NCBI GenBank assembly: GCA_028023455.1
Contig: JAQFVV010000009.1
Location: forward strand, 868,001 to 932,000
DNA length: 64,000 nt
Source: Epiperipatus broadwayi
Taxonomy: Eukaryota > Animalia > Onychophora
Direction: 5' to 3'
The notes below the pieces were generated by a model. It made no database searches, had not been told where the DNA came from, and was given only the letters and a program-made list of their open reading frames with translations. Positions 13,025-25,084 of this stretch are shown here, piece after piece (position 1 is the first letter of the stretch; each line of letters begins with the position of its first letter). The translations under genes and the position numbers were made by a program.

Positions 13025-13565
13025 CCTAAAGATTTGTGGTGATGATTTTTAGTTGTATTTATATATTGGACTATTTCAGTTATCTAATTTTAAGTATTGA
13101 ATGTCTAGAAAAATTGAACTATATTTAAATATTCCAAATTACATTCAGTTGTTAGTAGTAGCACACAAGTTAGTATATGCACAATGTTTCAAGAGATATT
13201 ATTCTCCTTTTTCAGGTGTTGCTGGCCTAACCAGTGACAGTACTAGCAAGGGAATCGAACCTGGACCTTTAGATTCTTGAATATTATATTTTAATGTAAT
13301 GCTCTAACCAACAGAGCACTACTTTTTAAAATTTCAAGAATCTAAGGATCTAAGTTCAATTCCCATGCTAGTACCATCACTGCTCAGGCTAGCAACACCT
13401 GTAGAAGAGGAAAATAATATCTCTTGAAACGTTCTATATATAATAACTTGTGTGCTACTACTAAGAGTTGAATGTAATTAGAATATTTAAATATAGTTAA
13501 ATTTTTCTAAAGACATTTAATACTTAAAATTAGATAATGGAAATAATCTAATATATAAATACAAC
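13025..13565. mobile_element. Family E: tRNA-headed, hammerhead-like element with inverted duplication
   Basis: 16-bp TSD TTTGTCAGATTGTTTT (13009-13024, 13566-13581). Arms at about 13050-13282 and 13333-13565. The - strand head has an A-box GCTCTGTTGGTTAGAGC (13301-13317) and a B-box GGTTCGATTCC (13251-13261). Confidence 0.85.
13180..13218 (-). ncRNA. Minimal type I hammerhead-like motif, family E
   Basis: CAC-CTGAAAA-AGGAG AATAATAT CTCTT-GAAA-CA-TT-GTG. The other arm (13396-13436, +) reads CTGTAGA...GAAA-CG-TT. Inferred consensus is CTGAAGA...GAAACGTT with palindromic AACGTT. Confidence 0.55.
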
Positions 13566-14257
13566 TTTGTCAGATTGTTTTGTCTGAAAAAAAAATCATC
13601 AGTGATCAAACAACGATCAACTGATTGGGATAGTTGTGTCATCAATTAAAAAACCATATAATTTCAAATGTTTTAATTAATAATTTTTTTTCTGCGATAT
13701 ATACATGCAAATATTTTTATGAATAAAGATGATTGTTAAAGACTGTTTGATAAGAAACTTCACACATTTGGTATAAAATTACTTTGATTAGACTTAATGA
13801 AATAACATTGGTCTGCTCTATTTTTTTGTTGTTGTTGTATTGTTTAGGTTTGACTGAAAACTTTTCTATCAAAGTATTATTACTCTGATCATAAAATAGA
13901 CGTTTAGAAAATAATTAATTAATTAAAATATGGCTGATATTTCAATGCAACTGTAATATGTTTTTTTCAGAGCTTTATTTTTTTTAAAATTTATAAAAAT
14001 GTGTGTTTAAATTCTTTAATTTCTTCTTTTTTCTCATTCTCAAAATTATTATTTTGAAAGTGGTAAACAATATTTTTTCTAATAACTTTTTCAAAATTGC
14101 ATTTACTTTATTAAGTTTACACTTTTTATTCATAATTCTAGAATATGTATCTCATTAAAATTCTATAAATATATTCTTCATTTCTGATGTTTATTGTGCA
14201 ATTGGTGTGGAAAGGAACCGATATTGCAAAGTGATTTCATTTGTCTGTATATGTTAC

Positions 14258-14355
14258 TTTTTTTTTCATATGTTATAGCATCGGCAGGGAGGCGAACCCA
14301 CCAACTGCTTGCTTGCAAGGTAGCTGCGATGACCTCTCGGCTAACAACGCTTGAC
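14258..14355 (-). mobile_element. Short tRNA-derived SINE (same family as 12209-12313)
   Basis: Reads GTCAAGCGTTGTTAGCCGAGAGGTC...GGTGGGTTCGCCTCCC...ATGCTATAACATATG plus poly-A. CpG-rich. The GCCGAGNGGTC and GTGGGTTCG segments resemble tRNA-Leu. Confidence 0.75.
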
Positions 14356-16653
14356 TAACTTTTTTAAAAAAAACATCAGTTTTGTCAATAATTCCTTTTA
14401 TATAAAGCAAAGAGACTTAATTTCTAAATAGTCATAATAACATTTTTATTATATAAAAACCATATAAATTACTTTTGTGACTAAAACTACTGCTAAACAA
14501 TAGCTTCTGATGATATAAACATCTTTAAAATATATCTAACATTATAAGATTTTGTTTTATCTTCTAATATTCTGGCTACAGAAATTAATTGAGTTGAATG
14601 ATAATAAGACAAGTGTTAGTTCTCGCTTTCTCTGTTTATCTGTCTATATATATATAATAAACCAGACAATACACTGTAGTAAGTTGAACATAAATATTAA
14701 TTTGAACAAATTTCTCTTCACGTTCAATCACAAAAAGTATCAGTTGTTTTTTTTTATCAAATTAATAGTACCTGTAAATGATTATTTACATATACTAACT
14801 CAAGATCTTATAAAATTGGAATTATATTATCAGGGTTAACCTTTAAATCAGATTATGTTATAAACAAAGTTTCTTTCAATACAACTAAGCTTTAATCCTC
14901 ATGTAGCAGAAATACTTTATACATATTTTAAAACTATTTGTGAGAATAATTTCAAACTGAATATGAAATAATTTAATATAGTGTAGTAAGTATGAGTGTG
15001 TATATATAAAATATATATAGGACTAGTTTATAAGCATTCAGGATCTCAATAGAATGTCACAAGTAAGCTAAAAAAGCTATCACAATGTGTAATTAAATAT
15101 GACAAATTCCATATTTTTAAACTATTGAAGAGCAAAGAGGGCCCAACATTGATTTCGTTATCAAACATTTCTTGCAAGATAGGAAAGTTGAAACATTTCA
15201 TTCTGCTTCACACATTTGGAAGAAAACAAATCTATTTGTTAATAAAACAAATTTATTATTTAATTGTAAATTTAATAATTACATTATTGTACAAAGTACC
15301 AATTAATAGGCCAAATACCTTTTTAGTAAGTTAGATAATAACTAAGTAATTAGTATGAATAATAATCTAGTTTTAATATCCTGAAATTATAAACAACATA
15401 TATTCACACAATATTTATATACGTATATGGAGGGAGGGGGTGGAGTGTTTGTAAAATATTGACTCAATACAAGCTCTTCAAAATATTTATATTTCAAGAT
15501 AAATATATCCCTCATTTATCAAGAACATGTAAATTTGACTGACTTCAATCAATAATCAATTCAATGATCTTTTGTAAAATCAGAAATTTTAGCTCTATTA
15601 AGCAATAAATAAGGCAGAGTAATATAAAATCATTTTGTGCAACAACAAACAGTTGATGTGGAATGTTATTCCCCAAATACATGTAGCATGCAGAATGGTT
15701 GGTTATTTTTTTTAGTAATGGAATCAAATATATATTTTTATACATTTTAAAATATATAAGAGCAATTCATTAAATAAATAAAAATATTTAGTTATTTTGT
15801 GTAAACTGAAAAAAGTATCAATAAATATTCAACAACAATAATCTATTCCACGGCAGGGAACCAACTTGTAAGTGACAGAGATTAAATGGATTACTTTCTA
15901 GCTATTGGAGTTTCTTGGTAAAGAACAGTTTTGTATTATAGCCAATAAGCAATTACCTTACACTACACAGTTTAAAGTAATGTACTCCTTGCTAAAAAAA
16001 AAAAAAAAAGGTAAATATCTAGAAACTATTCCAGAGATCAGTTTTTGGCTTATCTGGTACTCATTGATTTCTTTGACATAGGTGATCCATGAATGAAACG
16101 ATAGACTGTGAATTAATGATGTTATTTGCAAATTAAATATAATCTAGAAAAGTCATTGATTTGAGTTAGTGCAAATATGTTGTTAAACTATTGTCATAAG
16201 AAAAAATAGATTGAATAATTCATATTTCACTCTTTTTGTAAATAGGTGATAGAAGAATGTATTAAAATTGCTTGCTTTAAAATAAAGTATATCTTTATTT
16301 TTTTAATAATAAAAAATTAATGTTAGATACCACTTCTATTTTTTATATATTAAAATTTAAATATTTTAACATTTTTATAAAAGTCATAGACTTGATATAA
16401 TGCTAAGTTTAATCACATGTTTGGAGTTTTAAAAGCTTTTTAAATTTCTATTATAATCCAGAGTGTTTAGATTCTTGGCCATTATTGGATTAATGATATT
16501 ATAAGATTAAATAATTCTACAATATATTCTTATTTTTTATCATATATCTCTTGTAACAAGTCACTACAGACTGTTATAAACTTAAAAAATATTAAATGAA
16601 ATGGAAAATGATAATTAAATATTAACTTTAATATTTATTTTGTGTGTATATAG

Positions 16654-16810
16654 GATGGAAAATCAGGGATTAAAAGTGGTGCTGGTTCCACACAAAATAC
16701 ATATATTGGAGATCATTTATCTTTTTCATGGTATGTGGTCATGTGTGTCAATTGTATAAAATAGAGTGAATAGTTTTAGGGAGTTTAAAAGTCTGAGTTC
16801 AAGTCCCTTC
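16654..16810 (+). mobile_element. Family D fragment
   Basis: GTGCTGGTTCCACACAAAATACATATATTGG...AAAAGTCTGAGTTCAAGTCCC matches other D copies; hammerhead core decayed. Confidence 0.65.
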
Positions 16811-17256
16811 TAATTACATTAAGTTTAAAGTAGACAATATACACATATTTAAATATTATTACAGTATAGTTTTTATATATTCTATTTTTAAGTTAATTAC
16901 TTTCATTATGTCTTAATATAAATAATTTTTAAATAAAATTGTATAACAAGTTTATGTATATAAAGTAAAAACATAAATATAATTGGGTATTATCCATGAA
17001 TTTAAGCATCTTTCCAAAGGCTCAGAACCAAATAAATATGAAATGGGTATATATATATTTCCATTCTTGCTATTAAAAGGTGTGAAGGTTGCTTTGACAG
17101 CAGTTATCAAATATTGGTTGCTATATTTATTGTGAATGTTTAGGTGGTTACTGGTTGAAAACTAATTATATATATATATATCACTTTAAAGATTTCTTAG
17201 TAACTTATAAAGTATTAAACAATAGTACTATGCAATTTAACATAATTGTAAAGTGA

Positions 17257-17349
17257 AACAGGCAAAAACTCTCCATATAGTGTTGCCACTCAGTGCAAGC
17301 CAGAGTAATCAATGGATGTCAGAAGGTTCGTGGTAGATCATGTGATGTG
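17257..17349. mobile_element. Family C, short 5'-inverted insertion
   Basis: 13-bp TSD AATTGTAAAGTGA (17244-17256, 17350-17362). About 75 bp in one orientation plus the family 3' end (GATCATGTGATG) in the other. Confidence 0.8.
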
Positions 17350-18179
17350 AATTGTAAAGTGACAGATTTGAGAGCCAAAAGTTTTTAGATTGAAGTGTGA
17401 CCTATCATTTCTGATGCTTTAATATCATATGACTTTTTAGACAAATTTTTATACTAAAATAAAAGAAAGAATCAAGTAAATTACATTATTTCAAAATATA
17501 AATAATTATTTAATTTTAATAACAAATAAATAGTACAAGATAGCAATTATCTGAAGTCTGTGTGATTAATTATTCAAACAACTGCTACTTTGCATTCTCT
17601 AAAATTAAATTATCTATCTTAGTGAGGTGTCTATTATATTGAAGCACATTATTTTTGTTACTTAATGCATTTATATGCAACAAAACGATTTGATAACGGA
17701 TTTATTCGGGAAAAAAAAATGCTTATAATTATCAAAGTATTTTAGAAAGTTTCAACGTAAAATACAATTATTATTGCAATTTATAAAAAATATATTTTTT
17801 TTTAGAATTACAAAATATAATTTTATATTGAATTGTTCAAGAAAATATTACTACCTCAGTTTTATTTTAATGTATTTGTATTTTCATTTATAAAAATATA
17901 TCCATGATTCAATTAACTCCAATACAATCATTTTGTCAGTATTTTAATTTTTGTAAAGCATCTTAGTTCTAATGAAAATGTAAAGAACAGCGTTTCTTTA
18001 TAATATTTTGGTTAAACCACTAAACATCACATGATCACCATCTCATACTAGCACATAATTGTTGTAAACAAAGGCAAAACTCTCCATATAGTAGTGCCAC
18101 CCTGTGCTAACCAGAGTAATCAATAGATGCCAGAAGGCTTGTGCATAAAATCCCTATCCAGTGCCTACTCATCCAATAT

Positions 18180-18219
18180 CCCCAGACTAATTTCTGGCTT
18201 GTGGCCATCATCAGTGATG
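18180..18219 (-). ncRNA. Type I hammerhead ribozyme, family C, core intact
   Basis: CATCA-CTGATGA-TGGC CACAA GCCA-GAAA-TTAG-TC-TGGGG. Confidence 0.75.
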
Positions 18220-18428
18220 AGCCTTGGATCTGAGAGCACTGCACCTAGATCTTAGGATCCTGAGTTCAGACCCATATGACTATATAAGCTATTGAGCTTA
18301 AATTGAAAATATTTTTGTGTTTTCAATTTCATTCTCATAGTTTTGTAGTAAAGTAGAGTTAAGAGGTGGCTGCTGGAGGGTTGCATTAGATCCTAAGATC
18401 TAGGTGCAGTGTTCTCAGATCCAAGGCT

Positions 18429-18468
18429 CCTCATTGATGATGGCCACAAGCCAGAAACTAGTCTGGGG
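18429..18468 (+). ncRNA. Type I hammerhead ribozyme, family C (C3U variant)
   Basis: CCTCA-TTGATGA-TGGC CACAA GCCA-GAAA-CTAG-TC-TGGGG; stem III is the palindrome ACTAGT. Confidence 0.75.
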
Positions 18469-19160
18469 ATATTGGATGAGTAGGCACTGGATAGGGATTT
18501 TATGTGCAAGCCTTCTGGCATCTATTGATTACTATGGTTAGCACAGGGTGGCACTACTATATGGAGAGTTTTGCCTTTGTTTATAATAATTTGGTTATTA
18601 TAACCATTTCTAAATTATTTTTTAAAAAATATTTAATTATTTTTTTAATTCAAAATACTGTTGTGACGATGTTACATAATTATATAACTGCTTATTTTTT
18701 TATTTATTATCGAAATTATTTGATTTTTTGAATTAACATAATTGATATCCTCTTGTAATTCAAATAAATAATTCAATATTAATTGTTAAAACATTAAATA
18801 TAATTTTAAAAAGTTTATCAAATGGTTCTTATGATATAATTTTGATTGACAAAATTCATATAAGATTATTGATTAAGACATTTGATGATTTAAATACAAT
18901 ATTGCAAAATAAAATAGTGTGGACTTAAATGACAGGAATAGTGCATGTTATTATATAAAATTCCAAAACAACTTTTTTAAAAAGACATGTTTTTTTTTTT
19001 ACTGGATTAAACTTCATGCAAGTATAAATATATGACCAATATTTAGATTATTTTCTAAAATCTTTGTTAATACATAATTAATCTTAAATATAAAATAAAA
19101 ATATACAAATCAAAAAATACCAAAAAACTGTAGACTTTTTAAGGATTATAATGGTAATTT

Positions 19161-19950
19161 GACTTGAGGTCAACATGGACATAACAACAATATTGGCATC
19201 AGCATGGGATTTGGGCATTCTATCATCAGATTTTCAAGCCTGTCCATTAAAGTATAAAGATTTGCTATCTTAATATAAACTGAGCACTGATTATATATAT
19301 GTGTGAGAGATGACAATCTGGACCAACTAATGGGTTCTGGTTCAGCACGAAATACATATATTGGTGATTATTTATCTTTTCTACATGTGTGTGGTCATAT
19401 GTATCAGTAGTATGAGATAGTGTGGATAGTTGAGGTTGCTTGAAAGTCTGAATTCAAATCCCCTATATTTACAATTCAAATAAGTTCCAGGTATAAGAAT
19501 GCCTGTATTTCAAATCTTACACATTAAGCCTGCATTCTGACCATCCCTCTTCTATATATTTAAATAGATATTGTCCTATACATGAGTGACTTGAGGTCAA
19601 CATGGCATAACAAAATTATTGGCATCAGCATGGGATTTGGGCATTCTATCATCAGATTTTCAATGGTATGGATGGCTGAAGAGTTGGAGGTTGGAGTAGA
19701 TTGAAGCCTGTCCATTAAAGTATAAAGATTTGCTCTCTTAATATAAACTGAGCACTGATTATATGTGTGTGTGAGAGAGAGAGAGAGAGAGATAATAATC
19801 TGGACCAACTGATGAGTGTTGGTTCAGCACGAAATATGTATATTGGTGATTATTTATGTTTTCTGCATGTGTATGGTCATGTGTATCAATAGTATAAGAT
19901 AGTGTGGATAGTTGAAGGTTGCTTGAAAGTCTGAGTTCAAATTCCCTATA
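19161..19950 (+). mobile_element. Family D head-to-tail tandem (about 1.7 units)
   Basis: GACTTGAGGTCAACATGG at 19161 and 19589. Hammerhead positions at 19322 (decayed) and 19804 (intact). Confidence 0.85.
19804..19847 (+). ncRNA. Type I hammerhead ribozyme, family D, intact
   Basis: ACCAA-CTGATGA-GTGTTG GTT CAGCAC-GAAA-TATGTA-TA-TTGGT. Perfect 5-bp stem I, 6-bp stem II starting G-C, stem III derived from palindromic ATACGTAT, triplet ATA. Confidence 0.85.
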
Positions 19951-22900
19951 TTTTAATTAAATGAAGTATTTTATAATTAGAGTTTTTGCAATTTCTTTTA
20001 TTCATTCACTTTCGTGAGTTTAATGTAGTTTTTTGTTGTTGTTCAAATTAAATAGTATTTGGAAAATTAATTTCAACTTATATTATCATTATTATTATGA
20101 AGATTCTTAAAATATCATCTCCTAAAATTATACAAATGGCATTCTGCCATAACATTTTTGACATAGTGTAAAAGAATAGGTTGTAACTGTTTTCTTCAGT
20201 AAAGTTCGAAATGAAGTTTTGTTTTTATATGGTTGTCATCAGCTGCCATCACATGCCATAATACTGTTACCAGGTATATATATTAGAAATTAAAAAAATG
20301 AAGTGGAAGCAATCAAATCAAGATAGAAGACAGTAAGAAAAAAGCCATGGTTTATACAGAATTTTTAGAAGCAAAATAAAATTCAGTATATTTATTAGAT
20401 ATATAGGCATTTCATGTTAATCAAACTCAATAGTCATGAGCTTCTGAAGATTTATTTTTTGTTAGAAATATAAATATTATTTGTGAATTGGAAAATTTTA
20501 ATGCTTTAACGCAATTAGAAAAAATTGCATATTTTATAATAAACACATTATTGGATTGCTTGGTGGCTAATTATTAGTATAGATCATTGAGAATCTATAT
20601 ATTCAGTTTTATAAAATACATCAATACCTAAACTATCAAGATACTGGAGTAGATGAGTTTAATGTAGCTCACTTTTAGATTCATTACTCAGGAATAAAGA
20701 AAAAGGCACTAATCACATTAGACAATTACTGGGTGGTCAAGATTTTTTTGCGAGTAATCTTACTTGCTTATCATTTAGCTAATTATACATAAGAATTCAT
20801 TTACCAACCAATTTGATAACTATCTAGAACAACCATGGACTGAATATCTAAAAGACAAATCTTAAGATTGATTAAAAATTATAATCTGTCTAAGAAATGT
20901 CTCATCCAAATTTAAATCTTAGTTCATGGTAGAAGCCATCATTATCAATGTGATATACAATATAAATTTGCATCCATGAAAGAAAATTTCATGTGACAGT
21001 GTAAAAGTTTAAGAAGATAGATAAAAATAATATTTAGTAAGAAAAACAACTAATTAGAAAAATTTTTTAATGAAAATATTCTTTCATAAATATTTTCTAG
21101 TTACTTATTTACTTAAATTTAATTTTTTTTTTTTTTTTTTTTGAGTTGAAATTTATAGGATTTTTACAAAATAGCAACTTTTTTTTCCAATGAAGTTTAA
21201 TTTTGTATTTGGAAAAGATAAAAACAGATACTTCGCAAACCAAAGCATTAAATTATTTACACCTTCATTTTATTTACCAAAAACATATTAATATTTTCAT
21301 ATTACTTTTGTAAAGCTACTAATCTTCAAATTAAATCCACTATTTTGTCATATGTGTAGACAGAATAGGAAATGTTCAATTTTTTTAAATATATGCACTG
21401 CCAAATACTATTATTATATCAGACTGTGCCAAGTTATTAAATCTATTAAGACATAAAAGAAATTTTTTGAATATCTTTTTAATTGACTATTATAATTCAA
21501 CATCTTTCTAGATATATTTGAACTAATAATATTCAAAAGTGGAAACTTTATCATAACTAATATCATGTAAGAATAATTATAAAAATATATTTCATCCCTG
21601 TTTTACAGATTGGAAAATTTAAAAATAATTAGATCTGAATTTTCTTTATATTATTATTAATTAGAACATTTCTAAAATCTGTTTTATTTATTTTAATTTG
21701 AACATTACTTATGATTATAATGTTAAGTGTAAATATTAATATTTTAAAAATATAACCCATGTTAAGATGTGATGCAGGTTTTTTAGTATTGGAAAAAATA
21801 ACAAATTTTAAAATGATGATATATTTATTTATTACATAACGAATTGTTCAATAGGTCAAAAGAAGTTCATATTTTTATTCTTCAAATGGCAATCGATCCA
21901 TAAAACTTGGATTTTACTTCTTACCATTATGAGATCTATTATTTTATCTTTAAAACAATGGAACAGTTGTCTAATTAGTTTGTATATATTATATTAAATC
22001 TTTTAAATTAAAGTTGGACCAAGGCTCTAGTATTAATTTCTGAATGAATTATAATTCTCTCATATTATTTCATTGAATATTTAACTACTATTATCAATGC
22101 TCTATATTATAAAGGAAATGATAAAATATAGGCAATAGTTATTTCATGCCACTATACAAAATAACAAAAAACAATCATATTACATACAACAATTTTCTAA
22201 TTATAATTATTCTATTATTAATAAATTGAATTAAAACACCATCATTTCGATTCTTATAAATCAACTCTTGAAATGAATCCATATCTGATTCAATTTTTAG
22301 CTAAATCCTTTCTTGGGACATTTCATATTAATATAATAAATAACAGAAAATAATCATGTGAACAATGCAGTGATTTTCTAATCATAATCTCTGCATTATT
22401 AATCAGTTTATAAACTGAATTACCATTTAATTAAATTCTTAAGCATATCTTTTTATAGTACACTAACAAATCCAAACATTTTTTTTTACTATAAATTTCT
22501 ATTAGTTGTGTAATTCTGTAATTTTGTTCTGTTTTTCTTTAAATAAAATTTTATTTGGTTAAAGTTACTTATAAAATGAATTGCATAAAATATTTGTATA
22601 TAACATATCTATAGGATAACATACATAAAATCAAAGTTGCTTTTTATTCTTATATGATTCAAAAATAGCACCATAGAATATAATTGGGCAAGAACTTCTT
22701 GGGGCAAAAATTTCAATCTTCAAATAAGAAACATATTAAACATTATAAGAATCCTTAAAATATCAATATGCATTCAAATATTTAATTGTAATTAGTAATC
22801 CAGGTGGGTTTAAATGTGTATATTAAAGTTCTAACTATAGTGGTTTGTTCATACTATATATAAAGTAATTAAAACTCTACTAAACTCTTAAAAAAGGCAA

Positions 22901-23197
22901 TAATAATTTTTGGGTTGTTCATCAGAAAGAGAATATTGGTTGTATATGCCAAATATGAAGTAACTGATTGAGGAAGGCCAAACCTAAGTACAAATAAGAT
23001 ATTTAAAAAAAGCAATTTTAAGAAAGCTGCAACAGAAGTTTTATTTTTAATATAGTTATGAATATTTGGGTGTAAATTCATGTTTATATACAATGTGTAC
23101 ATCATGTACTGTAAGCACTTTAGTTGATCTCTTTTATAAGACCAAAAAGTGAAAATTCTAAATTATCTGTATTGGAATAATGTTCTGAAGTAAATCA

Positions 23198-24368
23198 GGT
23201 TGTCGTCGAATAGCTACTATATCCACTGGATGGCACCGTTTTCACACTAAAACACATAAAAATGCCATTTCCACAGCCGACACATTTGAACCTGCATTTT
23301 GTATAAAACAACTTTTTTTGTTGTGCTGCAGATTGCAGGCTGTTATGTTGCGTCGCAGTACAGCATTTATGTTTTACGCAGCAAATACATTTTCCGAATT
23401 CGCACGGTTTATAAAATGGTTACGCTTGGGGAGAGGGTGTGTTTTTTTTAATTGGATGGAAATGTTGTTTTCATTGGATTTTTTTTTATTTTAAAGTATT
23501 GAAATGTTCAGATTTTGTAAAGTAATAATTAACAGACTTTTTACACCATAGTGTATTGAAGTTTTAAGTAGTAAATGTTGACTAGATATATGTATAAAGT
23601 GAATTGGAATTAGATAATGAGTCAAGTAACGTACTGTTCGTAACATTCCACGAAACAAAGAAGTTGTAATGTGTGTATATTTTTGAAATAAAAAAGAGCG
23701 TTAACACAAAAATTTCCCGTAAGAAAAGTACAATTGTACATGGTTTTTTTTAAATGTCATAAAAAATATATATTATAAACATTTTATTATATATATATTT
23801 GTCATTGTTTAAAAAAGTTTTAGTTTCTTTCTTTTCTCCGACTACTATTATACTTTGTTGAATATAGTTTACGTTTATAGTTATCATTTATTTTATAGAT
23901 GTTAGTAAAAAAAAATATTTACAAAAATGCGATTTTGATATTTTTTATTTTAGCATTACAAACAACAGAAAAATAACCCTAAACCTAACCGTAACAACTT
24001 TTACTTTTAGTTGTCATTCTATTTGAAATAAGAAATAGTGATAAACAACATCAAAAAAAAAAAGCCGTAAAAATCTCCAATAGAAAATTGATTTTTCTAA
24101 TAAAAAGCAAACTAAAAAAGACGAATCAAATTGTAATTTATTTTATTTTACATTTATTATTATCATTTAATTTGTATACGTTAATAAAAAATAATATTTA
24201 AAATTAAATAATATTTAAAAAAGACGATTTTCTTTTGTTTTTATTTTCGCATTACAAAAAACACATCAAAATGATTACAATTAACAGCCTGGGAATGATC
24301 ATATTTTATAGTTTAAGCGTGAAAACTGCGCCAACGAGTGGGATATAGTAGCTATTCGACGACAACCC
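23198..24368. mobile_element. Young non-autonomous DNA transposon (about 1.17 kb, about 55-bp TIRs)
   Basis: First 27 bp GGTTGTCGTCGAATAGCTACTATATCC identical in both TIRs. TAAATCA flanks both sides (23191-23197, 24369-24375). CpG-rich, no ORF. Confidence 0.85.
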
Positions 24369-24682
24369 TAAATCATATCAAAATTATTATGAATAGAAGT
24401 GTGCTGTTAAAAGTTTGAATCTTGGAATGCAAATAAAGAATATTATTCTTAAGCTATTTATTTCCATATGTACTGCAGGAAAAACAATTTTGTATCTATA
24501 GTTTTGCATTTATTGATAGGAAAAAAACATCTGAATGGTTAGATGAGAAGTCATGTTTTTTCAACACTAGAACTGCTAATAAGCTAGAAACTTTATCCAC
24601 TGTCATAAAAATACATAGATTATTTGATTTTACGTGCATTGATGTGGTTTACAACAATACTAGTTAATAATAACCAAAAATT

Positions 24683-25084
24683 TAAATTAGGTCATCTGAC
24701 TTGATTTTTTTATCAATTTAATTTTAGTTTTTTGCTATTAATGCTTTGGCGATTTTATATTGCTAGAGCTATTAATATATGGTGGATCTGAACTTAGTTT
24801 CAGTCCCATACTGCTATTTGAGTTAGATAGCTGGATTTTTGGACATTTAAATGTCTGAAAGTTTCAGATTTTTTTCTCAATAGTTAGGCATTGATAAAAT
24901 GCTGGACTAGTTCTAGTATTTTTATTCCCTAGCACCTCACTGATGACGCTAGAGGCAGAAACCGCGGTCTGAGGTTGAGGGTATTTTTGAAGCTTCATAA
25001 GAGTTTGTTTTTAACTTACTCTATATATAACATTTGTAAATAGGAGCTTTATTAAAATTAGGTCATCTGACTTGATTTTTTATC
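24683..25084 (+). mobile_element. Family B hammerhead element: one unit plus about 30 bp terminal redundancy
   Basis: 14-bp TSD AATAACCAAAAATT (24669-24682, 25085-25098). AAATTAGGTCATCTGACTTGATTTTT is repeated at 24684 and 25055 (period about 371). Confidence 0.9.
24935..24974 (+). ncRNA. Type I hammerhead ribozyme, family B
   Basis: CCTCA-CTGATGA-CGC TAGAG GCA-GAAA-CCGCGG-TC-TGAGG. Perfect stem I, stem III is the palindrome ACCGCGGT, C/A mismatch at the base of stem II. Confidence 0.8.

Larger units (their letters stand above)
18015..18589. mobile_element. Family C hammerhead element with inverted duplication
   Basis: 18015-18260 and 18380-18589 are inverted copies. Candidate TSD TTTGGTTA (18007-18014, 18590-18597). 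Contains two hammerheads. Confidence 0.85.

Noticed and set aside
15845-15999. Segment ending in a poly-A run
   Set aside because: No TSD or second copy found, so a retrocopy cannot be supported.
19625-19665. Second CTGATGA in family D on the opposite strand (CTGATGATRGAAYRCCCAAATCCC)
   Set aside because: No GAAA, stem III or stem I partner in any copy.
20690-20800. ITLDNYW reading resembling a piggyBac DNYF motif
   Set aside because: A single short motif with no supporting motifs or TIRs.
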